Positions 40,724 to 53,632 of a stretch of 64,000 nt of DNA are shown one piece after another. This DNA comes from Octopus sinensis (Eukaryota), in NCBI RefSeq assembly GCF_006345805.1, contig NC_043000.1:103540001-103604000 (forward strand), read 5' to 3'. The stretch's first letter is position 1, and each line of letters opens with the position of its first letter. Position numbers and translations under genes: made by a program. The notes beneath the pieces were generated by a model. It had not been told where the DNA came from. It did no database searches and was given only the letters and a program-made list of their open reading frames with translations.

Positions 40724-41234
40724 TATTGATAACTTCTCTGTTTTAGTATTTAATTTCACGTCCCTTTTATGTCTAATCCGTTACATAAAACAATGATACT
40801 ATATGTCACTGGCGTATGTTCATCCCTTCCTCTCTACCTTTCCCTCTCTCTTTCTACTTATCTGTCTCTGTCATACGCTTAATCAAACACACAGACACAA
40901 ATTTCTCGCTTTACTGCTATATTTATCTGACAACCGGCCCCTACCTATACATGTCTACACACATATACATACATAGACATAAATGCAGTTATATACACAC
41001 ACTCATACACACACATAAGCAATAAAACTTATTAACCAGAGCAAACACCCCCGCATCCATATTCATACAGCATGCATACTGTCCCCTTCTTATTTTCATA
41101 AATTCCTCTTCCAAACATTTTTGACGTCATTGCTTTTAACGGATTTTTAAAATCACTCATTATCACTGTGGTCAATATGTAGCAAGCCATAGAAAAGTTT
41201 TTGTCCGTCTTGAGGCTGATTGATTTTCCTTGAC

Positions 41235-41313
41235 TTTCCTGATGAGAAGACGGCATAATGCACCTTATTCCTTCAGAATTAAAAATATGCAGTCTTCGAA
41301 ACATGTGTTGAAA
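41235..41313 (+). ncRNA. Type I minimal hammerhead ribozyme motif
   Basis: UUUC-CUGAUGA-GAAGAC...GUCUUC-GAAAC-AUGU-GUU-GAAA; stem I 4 bp, perfect 6-bp stem II base. Confidence 0.75.
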
Positions 41314-41369
41314 TTAAAGGAATTGTGTTAAAATCCTCGTTCGACTCCATTCTTTTATTCATTTTATAT

Positions 41370-41384
41370 ATATATATATATTAT

Positions 41385-41455
<71 letters not shown>

Positions 41456-41555
41456 ATATACATTTATATATATACATTTATATATATACATTTATATATA
41501 TATACATTTATATATATATATATTATATATATATATTATATATATATATATATCC

Positions 41556-41602
<47 letters not shown>

Positions 41603-41664
41603 ATATATATATATATATATACATATATATATACATTTATATATATACATTTATATATATATAC

Positions 41665-41715
<51 letters not shown>

Positions 41716-41740
41716 ACATATATATATACATATATATATG
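41370..41740. repeat. (TA)n microsatellite
   Basis: Direct observation. Confidence 0.95.
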
Positions 41741-42639
41741 CATAATTCTCTCACTATTCTTGCCCAGTCGCTAAATGATGATTATGCATTGCTAAGCTAA
41801 GACTCGTTTTTTCGATCTTTCATACATTCATTCGCCATTATCCCTTTAAATGTATTGTTTACTAACAGCTAATTTTCTCAGGAGCTTATTGAATTAGGAT
41901 AATTATTCGTTTCTTGGCCTGTTTAATTTCTTATTTCTCGTTTCTCTAGTTTAATTTCTCATCTGCCATGAACATTATCAATGTATACTATTCTAATTAC
42001 ACCTGCTACTGTCGCTCCTCGTACCATCTCATCAATTTAAATTTGCTTGTTCGCTGTGCGCCCACCTTGTCCCGCCCCATCACCAATATCGGATACCTCG
42101 ATCTTTATCTCCATCTTTTCATCATCTACACCGGATATCTCTCCCTCTCCTCCAACCATCATTACCTGATGTCTCTTCTCTCCACTGCTCCTCCTCACTT
42201 GGATGTTCTCTATATATTACCTGCACTCTTCCTCTCTCTCTCCTGGGACAAATGCAACTAGCTCAGTTGCCCACCTACTTACCGGCTATCTTTCGTTTCG
42301 TTCTGTCAAGAAATTTGTCACCACCATTACCAGATGACTCTTCTCTCAATCCCACCTCCTCACTGGTGCTGTTCTCTACACTACCTGCACCCCCACTCTC
42401 TCCTCAGAAAAACGCAACTAGGTTAGCTACCCAGCTTTCATCCCGTCTGGAAATATTACGACTGCGCAGTAATTTTCCATGCACATATCAAGTGAAATCA
42501 CCCCCTCCCTTTACGATGACCATAATACAAATACTCACAATGCCGCTAACACCTACTCAATTTTAATCTTAACACGCTTGAATGTTTGAATATCAGGTCG
42601 GAAGTGAGAACAGATGAAGCATGCCTAAAAAACGAACAC

Positions 42640-43600
42640 AACAACCTCCCTCTTCTTTTCAGGCACTGAATAACACTTCTCCTCCCGAAGCCTCACCCCA
42701 CATTCCTTTCCCAGTTTTCAGAGTTGGCACTGTCAATGTAGGCACACTGAAAGGTAGGTCTAGTGAGATTGTAGAGATGTTTTAAAGGAGATGTGTCGAT
42801 GTATGCTGCATACAAAAGGTAAGGTGGAGAGGAGCTTCAGCTAGGGTCCTCGCAGGCAAGACACATAGGTATAAAATCTTTTGGCAAGGTAACATGGATG
42901 AAGTAGGGGTATAGGTATACTCCTTGCGGAGAAATGGGCAGATAAAGTAGAGAAATGGGTAGATAAAGTTATAGAGGTTGTCAGGGTATGCGATAGAGTG
43001 CTTAAGCTCAGGCTAGTCCTGCAGAACAGCACAGCTACAATTATCTCTGCCTACGCCCCACAAGCAAAGATTAACCGGGAAGATAGCTTTCGTGTGCGGC
43101 AGATGCACAGGGGCAATAAACACCACAGATGCTCAGAAAACAGATTCCATCACATTCCGGGAGAGAAACTAGAAGTAATTGATAGCTCTGCTACCTAGGT
43201 GACCAAGTTAGTAGTGGAGGTGGATGCTCAAAGAGTGTTGCCACTAGAATAAGAATAGCCTGGGCTAAGTTTAGAAAGCTTCTACCCTTACTGGTGACAA
43301 AGGGCCTCTCGCTCAGAGTGAAAGGTAGATTGTACGATGCATGTGTGCGAACTGCCATGCTTCATGGTAGTGAAACATGGGCCATGACTGCTGAGGATAT
43401 GCGTAGACTCGAAAGAAATGAAGCTAGCATTATCCGCTGTATGTTTAATGTCAGTGTGCACACACGACGTAGTGTAAGCGCCTTGAGAGAAATGTTGGAC
43501 ATAAGAAGCATCGGATGTGGAGTGCAAGAGAGACGTTTGCGCTGGTATGGTCATGTACTACGGTTGGAGGAGGAGAGCTGTGTGAAGAAGAAGTGCCACT
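42640..43600 (+). mobile_element. Internally deleted RTE-clade LINE
   Basis: GTVNVGTLKGRS..CCIQ..RW and ISAYAPQ endonuclease motifs joined to the C-terminal GSETW..RRLRWYGHV. Confidence 0.85.
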
Positions 43601-43942
43601 AGTAAGAAAATAAAACACAAATAAGAAAGAAGAAAGCAATGGACCACTGATGAGGTCACAGAAGTGTGACGAAAGAACTCTGACCGAAATAAGATTAAGA
43701 TTAACGTAAAAAATAAATAAAGCTGAAGCAAATTAACACCAAATATATAGTGCGTGTGTTTTTATTGGCTAAACTGGCAAAATGACCATTCCTAAATACA
43801 ACAACATATATATACACATAATGTTTAATAGCTTCAAAGAAATGCTAGATCTAGCAATAGAAATTCTAATTTCTTAGCAATGTACGGAAATGTAAGATCA
43901 CCCATTGCACATTATATATGCAATGTTACCTCTACATAACTA

Positions 43943-43949
<7 letters not shown>

Positions 43950-44039
<90 letters not shown>

Positions 44040-44189
44040 TATATACATATATATACATACATATATATAAATACAAATATCTATATATGCATATAAATAT
44101 ATATATACACACATAAAGATATATACACACACATAAATATCTATATATATGTATATATATACATATATGCATATATATATATACATATA

Positions 44190-44284
<95 letters not shown>

Positions 44285-44336
44285 CATGTATATACACATA
44301 TATATGCATATATATATATACACACATATATACATA
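43950..44336. repeat. (TA)n microsatellite
   Basis: Direct observation. Confidence 0.95.
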
Positions 44337-45543
44337 CAGGTGTTGGACAAAATAATGGAAAGACCTTAAAATTTCAAACCAATTTAATTTAATATAGGGT
44401 AGGACCGCTTTTGGCACTAATTACAGCTTGAATTCCACAAGATATGGATTCATACAAAGTTTGAATTGTTTCTAAAGGAATTTTTATCCATTCTTTAGCT
44501 AAAACAGTCTCCAGTTCTTGTAGGGATGATGGTAGAAGATATCGACTCCTTACTTGTTTTTCTATGAAATCTGGGGACTGTGGTGGCCAGATAAGATGTT
44601 CAACTTCATTAGAATGTTCCTCGTGCCATTCAGTAACAACTTTAGCTGTTTGAATTGGTGCATTATCATTCTGAAAGATTTTGTTTCCCTTCGGAAACAG
44701 TTCCGCAACCATAGGATAAATTTAATCAGATAAAAGGCTTAAATAGTCTTGACTATTAATTCTGCCATGAAGGGAAATCATTGGGCCGTCGGATTTCCAA
44801 GATATAGCCTCCCTGGTCATCACAGATCCTCTTCCATGTTTAACAGTTAGAAGAAGGCAGTCTGGGTCAAATGCTTCCTTTGACTGTCTCCAAACGTATA
44901 CTCGGCCGGTGGTCGGAAATAAGGTAAAAGTTGACTCGTTCGAGAAATAACATTCTTGCACTGCTCTGGGAACCAATTCTGTAGGTTTTTAGTCCAATCT
45001 AAACGCTTTGCAACGTTTGTTTTTGATTGCAGCCCTCCCGTGAAATCCTGTTTTATGCAGTTCCGGGCCAACAGTTTTTGTGGAAACTGTGTTCTCGAAG
45101 TGGTCATTAAGCTCTGCAGTAATTTTGGGAGCTGTACTTTTGCGATCCTTTCTAGCAATTCGCGTAAGAGTTTGACGGTCCTTATCTGAAAGTTTTGGTT
45201 TTCTTCCGGAGTTTTGTTTCGACGAGGTTTTTCCCTCTTTCTCAAAGGCTGCCATTAATTTCTAGTCAATACTTCTTGATACACCAAATATTTCGGCTGT
45301 TTTCGTAACGCTAGCGCCTGCCATATGAGCTCCAATAATTTGACCTCTGTCATTTTAACGAATTTTAATTACCTTTTCCTAATGATATGTGAAAAAAAAA
45401 CCAGCAATTTTAGCAAAAGATACTAAGCAACACTAATAATAAATCAAAAACCATAAAAATAAACAAACTTTTGATGGTTTTATAGGTATTTCAAAATTAT
45501 GATGCTATGATGCTAGGTGTTTCCATTATTTTGTCCAACCCTG
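44337..45543 (-). mobile_element. Tc1 DNA transposon, full length, inactive
   Basis: TIR CAGG(T)GTTGGACAAAATAATGGAAA, TA TSD; transposase AGASVTKTAE..SGRKPKLS..FSNES (D to N)..FQNDNAP..WPPQSPDFIE with frameshifts. Confidence 0.92.
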
Positions 45544-45881
45544 TATATATATACATATATAATGTGCTTAATAGCTTCAAAGAAATGCTAAATCTAGCAA
45601 TAATAATGCCATGTTTGTAGCAATGTACGGAAGTATTAGCTCATCCATTTCATAATATATGTACAATGTTACCTCTACATAACTAACTAACTATTTCTTT
45701 AGTTTTGTTAACTTGTTCTACTGAGTTGGAAAGAACGCGCACATTATCAAGTTTCAAAGTATGTATTTATCGCTAATTGAATGTCATCTACGCCAAAGAC
45801 AGTTATTCCTTCAATCAGATACAATTTTCAAGACATTTTAATATGATGGGAACTATTTCAATGATAAAATATATGACTTCA

Positions 45882-45929
45882 TTCCAGATACCGCAGCCGT
45901 AACCACATTATTCAAAAATATCAAAATAT
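45882..45929 (-). pseudogene. 48-nt pseudo-exon (ILIFLNNVVTAAVSG)
   Basis: Flanks paralogous to the exon at 51485; good acceptor, but donor reads tgaagt. Confidence 0.45.
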
Positions 45930-46640
45930 CTACAAGATAAGATATTATATTTATCTTATGTTTAATATCTCTAACTTAAATGTGGAACCTGGGGTTTGTC
46001 AGTGTATGACAATGAAGGAAATTTAACATTCATGATTTATCTCAACATTGTGAAAATCGTATATTTATGAAAATTTTATTATTGTAAATTGTTACATGGT
46101 TGTAAAAACGGAAGTGTTTATCTGGTTTTGATGAAACCAGTTATGATTATGATGATTTTTAGTGTTCCCGCTGAATTAGTCTTTTAATTATGTAATTGTT
46201 CATATGTGATACAAATTGCTATTTCAAATTAATACTGCTTCCGTTGCACATAACGAATTTTATATTCACGTTGTCGTCAACTGCGACATGAGACATTTTT
46301 TAATCCTTAGTTTATCAGTAACTGTAGATTTTGTTTTAGCATGCTATTATCGGTGGACATTTCTACTAACCAAAGTGGGACTGATGTATCGTCTGGAACG
46401 GATGCGTTTTTGCAATTTTTAACACCGTACGTCTACAGAAGATACTCTCTCAGGACGCAATTGCATATATCCATTTTCATACAAAACTTACTCAACTGCC
46501 TCTGTGATAGATTACATTTTTGCGTCAATACATCGTGAATCACACGTATTAATTCAGTTGAACATTTGTGGGATTTTTATTCCCGATCACGTTTGACAAA
46601 TATTCCCGCAAGACTAGTGGGAAGAAGCCACAGTCTACAC

Positions 46641-47352
46641 CAGAGTTTCTCAAACTTTTGGAGCTATCCCCCTCATGGCCACATGATACCCCCTGCGCCC
46701 CCACCCCTAGTTTTATGTATAAACAAATATTTTATATTTTACTAATTTATATATACTATGAATCATTTGATATTTAATATAATATTATATATTTTGTATA
46801 CAATATTATAATAATATAGGTGTAGGAGTGGCTGTGTGGTAAGTAGCTTGCTTACCAACCACATGGTTCCGGGTTCAGTCCCACTGCGTGGCACCTTGGT
46901 CAAGTGTCTTCTACTATAGCTTCGGGTCGACCAAAGCATTGTGAGTGGATTTGGTAGACGGAAACTGAAAGAAACTCGTCGTATATATGTATATATATGT
47001 ATGTTTGTGTGTATATGTTTGTGTGTCTGTGTTTGTCCTCCAAATATCGCGGTTCGGCAAAAGAGGCCAATAGAATAAGTACTAGGCTTACAAAGAATAA
47101 GTTCTGGGGTCGATTTGCTGGACTAGAAGCGGTGCTCTAGCATGGCCACAGTCAAATGACTGAAACAAGTAAAAGAGTAAAGAGTAATACTATCCTAAAT
47201 TCATAGCGTCCCCCAATCCACTGCCGTCCTCCCAACGCCTCCTTTTTCTCTACCACTCCAACCCCTCCACCTCCTTAAGCACCAGCGCCCATCTGGACTG
47301 TTTCAACGCCTACTGAGGGCTGGGGCGGTAGCGCCCACTCTGAGAACCTATG
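46641..47352. mobile_element. hAT/Charlie-like MITE containing a SINE
   Basis: Ends CAGAGTTTCTCA..TGAGAACCTATG; 8-bp TSD GTCTACAC/GTCTACAT. Confidence 0.75.
46817..47186 (+). mobile_element. SINE family 1
   Basis: Full head, central block and tail. Confidence 0.9.
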
Positions 47353-47578
47353 GTCTACATGTAGCATATTTTACTTTTGTATTCAACTCATGAATTTTGA
47401 TCATTTATCATCGAAATTTGGTCCACAATCAGGATTAGATTAAATATGTGTTTGTCAGCGGGTGAATAATTATTGTGCTCGAAATATTTCTGTCCTAGCT
47501 GAAACAATTTTCAACATGTTATTCAATGTAATGCGAAAGATATCTGAAGGATAAAGTAAATATTTATATCGAACTTAC

Positions 47579-47626
47579 CGCGTGGTGGTTCAGTTGGGAT
47601 TATTTTATCGATGTCGAAATATGAAG
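47579..47626 (-). CDS. 48-nt phase 1-1 exon (SYFDIDKIIPTEPPR)
   Basis: Acceptor tatattttgcag, donor gtaagt, open frame. Confidence 0.7.
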
Positions 47627-49129
47627 CTGCAAAATATAGATTTCGTATAATGACAGGCATTTCAATGATTAAATGTTTTTGGATTAAGTTTTTCAGGAGA
47701 GGCAAAGCAGGAAATTAAATGCTTAAAGTTTTCTCTAAATTGAAAGGATCGTCTATTTATTGATAGATTTCTAGCTATATGTTTTCACATATTTGCCGTA
47801 AAATCTAACTTTGTAATCATATCTTCTCAAAACATATCTTCTCGCTTTCTCTTACTCTCTATCTTTCTCTATCTATCTATCTCTCTCCCATTTATAAACA
47901 ACAAAAGATCTTGAGTAAGTTGAGAAAGAAAAATATTTTGAAAGATCAATCATAAATATCAGGCAGTGACAACGGAAAGGTCTGCTTCAAGGCAGACAGC
48001 AAAACACTAACATTTAAAAGGGACAGACGAACTTGCGAGCTGAATAAAAATAAAAAGATATTGGAAACCAAAGTTTGAAGGGATAGAATCTGAGGATAAT
48101 AGAGTCACCATGGCTGGCATTTCTTAACGACGGACAGCAACGTAGTGGCAGCTTAACGGCTGGCGTAACATTCTGAACTTGATGTAAAAGAAAATTCCTA
48201 AACACCAAGTTTAGAAGTGATTCTTTCTCACGACAGTAGACTCACCATGACAAGCATTCAAAACTTCTTCGTCATGGGCGGCAACACATTGACGATTTAA
48301 AGGCTGGCGCAAAGTTTTTAGCTTGATGTAACAGAGAATTCCTAAACACCCGCTCCTGTAAATTTTAATCCCCTTCCAGCCCCATTTAGACCCCTTTTCA
48401 CATTTTGGTTAATATAACCCGATTTCATTCAGGTCAAGGGTAGGGGAGGCAATTAAAAAAAAAACGAAAATAGATAAGAAACAAAGACTAATATATGAAG
48501 AAAAATATATATTAATTAATTCACAAGTAATAGAGAGAGAGAGAAAAAGACCGTATACACATAACACATAAGGAATATATATTAAAACATAAGCACAAAC
48601 ATACATACATACACAACAAAGAACACACATGTGCACATACCCACACACACACACTTACATAAGGGTGCATGTGTAAGGGATGGATACAAACATATAAAAA
48701 ATAACAAAGGAGCACGCATTCACAACAAAAAACGTGTATGTATATATATATATACACACACATTTCCATATACATACACACATACACAGATATATATGTA
48801 TATATATATATATATAATAACAAATTAATGAATAAAACACATGCATATATACATACATATATGTACGTACCTACATCTACATGTATATATACATGCATAT
48901 ATGGGTACAAGACACTAAAAAAAAACGTCGAACACAATGAGAAACGAAAACATAAACACAAAACCAAGGAAATGGACATTTTTCTTAAACAACGAAAAAA
49001 TAGAATACAAGACATACAATACAAGGAAAATTACTCCTCCTCAGCCGCCTCTTTTTCATCTACTCCGCTTTTCGAAGGCAAAGACGAGACACGACTTCAT
49101 TGAAACAATCCTTCCCGTAAAAAGCAAAT

Positions 49130-49139
49130 ATATATACAT

Positions 49140-49196
<57 letters not shown>

Positions 49197-49247
49197 ATAT
49201 ATTATATATATATATACATAATATATATATAATATATATATATACAC

Positions 49248-49344
<97 letters not shown>

Positions 49345-49356
49345 CATATATATATA

Positions 49357-49403
<47 letters not shown>

Positions 49404-49480
49404 ATATACGTATGTATGTATGTATGTATGTATGTGTGTGTGTATGTATTGTGTGTGTGTATGTATGTATATATATGGTT
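49130..49480. repeat. (TA)n/(TATG)n microsatellite
   Basis: Direct observation. Confidence 0.95.
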
Positions 49481-49489
49481 GTATGTATG

Positions 49490-51133
49490 CTGCCTAACAC
49501 AGCTCTTACAGCTACGTGATATACCTCGACTTTGCAAAGGCATCTGATAAAGTAGATGATGGCATGATATATCATAAACTGCGAGACCTTGGCATTGCTG
49601 GTAAACCGGGAGAGTGGCTGCATGACTTTCTTGGAGACAGGTCAGGAAGTTGCTGCCAATGGTGCCCTTTCCGAAGAAAATCAAATCTTAAGGGGCGTCC
49701 CCCAGGGAACTGTTCTGGGGCCATTACTGTTCGTAATAGCCCTCTTAAACATGCCTAAGTTCACTCAGACAACAACTGTCACTAGCAACACCGATGATAA
49801 AAATTTTCACTGGCAATAAAAAATCAAGATGTCGTCGCAAGCTTACAGCGGGACCTGAATTCGATATATAGGTGGGCCGAAGTAAATAACATGTAGTTTA
49901 ATGCTGGAAAATTTCAAGCACTGTACTATCAACTCACAAATGCATTACAGCCTGCATATACAGGACACGAGTGCACTGCAAACCGAGAGTCACAAGCAGT
50001 GAAAAACTTGGGTATCAGTATGTGCAATGATGCATCATTTCATATGCACATTACCAAGACCGTGAGGGCGCGTGGCTTAGTGGTTAGGGCATTCGGCTCA
50101 TGATCGTAAGGTTGTGAGTTCGATTCCCGGCGACGCGTTGTGTCCTTGAGCAAGACACTTTATTTCACGTTGCTCCAGTCCACTCAGCTGGCAAAAATGA
50201 GTTGTACTTGTATTTCAAAGGGTCAGCCTTGTCACTCTCTGTGTCACGCTGATTATCCCCGAGAACTACGTTAAGGGTACACGTGTCTGTGGAATGCTCA
50301 GCCATTTGCACGTTAATTTCACGAGCAAGCTGTTCCGTTGATCGTATCAGCTGGGACCCTCGTCGTCGTAACCGGCGGAGTCTTTTAAACCAAGACCGTA
50401 GTAAAGTGTAGACAACTGGCAGGATGGATACTAAGGTTCTTCAAAACAAGAGGATAAGAAAACTATGTTGAGCCTATGGGGAACCTTTGTTCTCAGCCGC
50501 CTGGAATACTGGCCCTAGTTATGGTCACCACATAGTGCCAAACTAACAGCGGAGCTTGAAGCAGTCCAACGCCACTACACTAAAATGATTGAAACAGCGC
50601 AGCGGATGAGCTACAGCCAAAGGCTGAATAAAATTGCAACTTCACTCCCTGGAGCAAAGGCGCGACAGATGTTTAATAATCTACATATTAAAACCTCGAT
50701 AAGGGCTAGTAACTAATTTCGGCATTGAGTGTTATACAAATGCCAGAACTGGACGCCATTGTATTGTACTAAAGGTACCATTCACTCCATCTAAATTCAG
50801 GACAAAGTACTGCAATAGCCTGGGGTTCAAAGGCCCACAGCTCTTCAATGCCCTTCCATGAAAAATTAAAATTCTGCATAAGGTGGAAGTAAATGTTTTT
50901 AAAAAGGAACTAGACATCCTCCTCTCCACAATACCGGATGAACCAACAGCCCGTCATGAGGTACAGACCAGAGCAGCAGAATCAAACTCTCTTACACACC
51001 AAGTAGGCCAACAGCTGGGACGAAGGCACATACAGGAGTGGTGATGGGAAATACCCCAGACTGAGGAAATCAGCAAGACCACGGTGATGCTCCAGCATGA
51101 TCGCAGCCGCAAAGCTGAAACGACTAAAAGAGT
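49490..51133 (+). mobile_element. 5'-truncated CR1-clade LINE
   Basis: [24 protein letters not shown], degenerate DD motif; 3' tail CTGAAACGACTAAAAGAGTA. Confidence 0.85.
50064..50388 (+). mobile_element. SINE family 3 variant (different tail) inserted in the CR1
   Basis: 11-bp TSD ACCAAGACCGT at 50053-63 and 50389-99. Confidence 0.88.
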
Positions 51134-51484
51134 ATGTGTGTGTGTGTGTGTGTGTAATGTGCTTAATAACATCTAAGAAATGCTAGATCTAGCAATAAAA
51201 ATGCTACTTTTGTAGCAGTATACGGAAGTGGCAGCTCACCCACTTCACAATATATGTACAATGTTACCTCTACATAATTAACTAATTAATTATTTAGTTT
51301 TGTTAACTTATTTAACTGAGTTAGAAAGAACGCGCATATTATAAAGTTTCAAAGTATGTATTTATCGCTAATTGAATGACAAATCAGATAGAATTTTCAA
51401 GGCTCTTTTAATAAGATGGAATTATTTCAATGATAAAAAATATATCTTCTGGTACTAATTCAATGATCAAAAATATCGACTTAC

Positions 51485-51532
51485 GATCTTTCACCTCAGT
51501 CGAAATAACTTTGTACGCGATTTTCGGAACAT
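51485..51532 (-). CDS. 48-nt phase 1-1 exon (VPKIAYKVISTEVKD)
   Basis: Acceptor tattattttgcag, donor gtaagt, open frame. Confidence 0.7.
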
Positions 51533-52941
51533 CTGCAAAATAATATGTTATAATTTTCTTATAATGTTAATATTTCTTGCGTAAATATGGAAGCTGGGAT
51601 TTGTCACAGTATGACAATGAAGGAAATTTAACATTCATGATTTATCTCAACGTTATGAGAATCGCATATTTATGAAAATTTTATTACTGTAAATTGTTAC
51701 GTGCTTGTCGTAAAAACGAAAGTATTTATCTTGTTTTGATGAATCTGAACTTTCCAATTGTAAGACACATTAAGAATTTAAGCATTTATGGTCCTCGCAA
51801 AATTGTAAGGAACGTATATTTACTGATAGGTTTCTTGCTATAAATTATCGCTAATTTGTACTATAAAAAATAAAATAAAACAATGAGTTATATCTTGGCT
51901 TGCAAAATCAAATAACGAATATTAGGATGATGATTTTCGCATATTGTTACGTGGCTGTCATAAAAACGAAAGTGTTTATCTTGTTCTGATGAAACAAATT
52001 ATGAATATGATGATATTCAGTGTCACCTTTCAATTAATCTTTTATATTATGTATCTATTGACATGTGATACACAAATTGCTATTTCAAACTAATACTGTT
52101 TCCGTTGTACATAACGGATTTTATATTCACGTTGTCGGTCAACTGCGACATCGGTGGTTTTTACAATCATTAGTTTGTTCTATCAGTGACGGCAGAGTTT
52201 GATTTAGCATGTATTTATCAGTGGATACTATCTACTGACCAGACCCAAAGAGGTATTGGTATATCGTCTGGGACTAGTATATCGTATAGTACTGATATAT
52301 TTTTGTGATTTAAAAAAAACGTAAATCTATAAGAAATACTATCTCATAATGAATATGTTTATATACATTTTCATACAAAAATTCACACAACTGCTTCTGC
52401 TGTAAAATAGTGTTTTTCGTCAAACATCATGAAATAGATATATTACTGTGGTAATAATTACTGTTACTATTACTATTCACAGTTATTTCCATCATCTCGC
52501 CGGTCAATCGAAAATGAGGTTTTCGAATAATATTTAAACTGGGTTGATTCCTGATCAGCAAAGTTCACGACTAAAACAACTAATGACGGATACCATACAT
52601 TCGTTCTTAGAAGAGTAAATCCTATTTATGGCCAATCATTTCCAGTCTTCCGTATTAAACAATTTCGTCAGTTCGATGACCAGAATCCCTACAAGTTACT
52701 TCATTTGAACTTTTGTAGGATATCTATTCCCGATCACGTTTCACAATTTTCACGCAAGACTTGTGAAAAGAAGTCAAAGTCTACATGAAGGATAACTTTC
52801 TAGGATACGATAATGACTAATAAATAGATTCGATCTTTAAATATATTTTTGTCTACGCTGTCGGCACTAGTCGTCCTTCTAAAGAGTCACAATTTTAAAA
52901 TAATAACTAATGAAGATGAGAATATCTAAATGTCAACTTAC

Positions 52942-52983
52942 CAGTTGGTTTTTCAAGAAAACCTTTTGCTTGATTCTTATTAT
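52942..52983 (-). CDS. Exon A1, 42 nt (NKNQAKGFLEKPT)
   Basis: tttctttcgattgtag | exon | gtaagt; phase 1-1. Confidence 0.75.
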
Positions 52984-53211
52984 CTACAATCGAAAGAAAT
53001 ATGATTTTTCAGAAAAGAAAATCACAAATCACTTAGCTGATAATTATTAATTTTACTGTTTCTGTTTAGTATAGTAGATGGTTAAATCTATGAAACTGCG
53101 TGGTAATTTTAATTACATTAATATATTAAGCATTCTTTTTAACGATTATGGATGGTAGAAATGGTAAACCACTGGATTTATTCCGAAATGCTAGAATGAA
53201 TATCAACTTAC

Positions 53212-53253
53212 ACCTTACCACCTTACGTGTACCTTTTGTGTATTTCCGAACAT
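53212..53253 (-). CDS. Exon B1, 42 nt (VRKYTKGTRKVVR)
   Basis: tttctttcgaactttag | exon | gtaagt. Confidence 0.7.
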
Positions 53254-53584
53254 CTAAAGTTCGAAAGAAATATTGCAAGACATTAAAAAAAAAAGACATA
53301 GCTAATTATATTTCTGTCTAGGATAATAAATGGTTGAGTCTGGAAAATCATAGGTTATGTAATTACATTTACATTAAACAACCCTTCAAAGACAATGGGT
53401 GGTAAAATTGGTAAAGCGCTATAATGATTCAACTTCCTCTTCTCAAGAGTTTCAGTTCATAACATCTAGTCGGATTCGAAGTACGTATTCGTTAGGAGGT
53501 GTGTGACTATTTTACAAAAGGCATTTGTTGTTGTTTAATGTGATAGAAAATATTTAAATGATTCGTAAATACATATCGACTTAC

Positions 53585-53632
53585 TTTTTGATGCTTCAGT
53601 CGCGAAAGTTTTATTCGAGACGGTTTTAGTAG
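53585..53632 (-). CDS. Exon C1, 48 nt (TKTVSNKTFATEASK)
   Basis: ttatatgttccag | exon | gtaagt. Confidence 0.75.

Noticed and set aside
41750-42640. C/T-rich coding-like stretch after the hammerhead
   Set aside because: Possibly a decayed Penelope 5' region, but no motif could be identified
3361-49684. Long Y/I/M/C-rich ORFs in the ORF track
   Set aside because: Artefacts of (TA)n/(TATG)n arrays that lack stop codons
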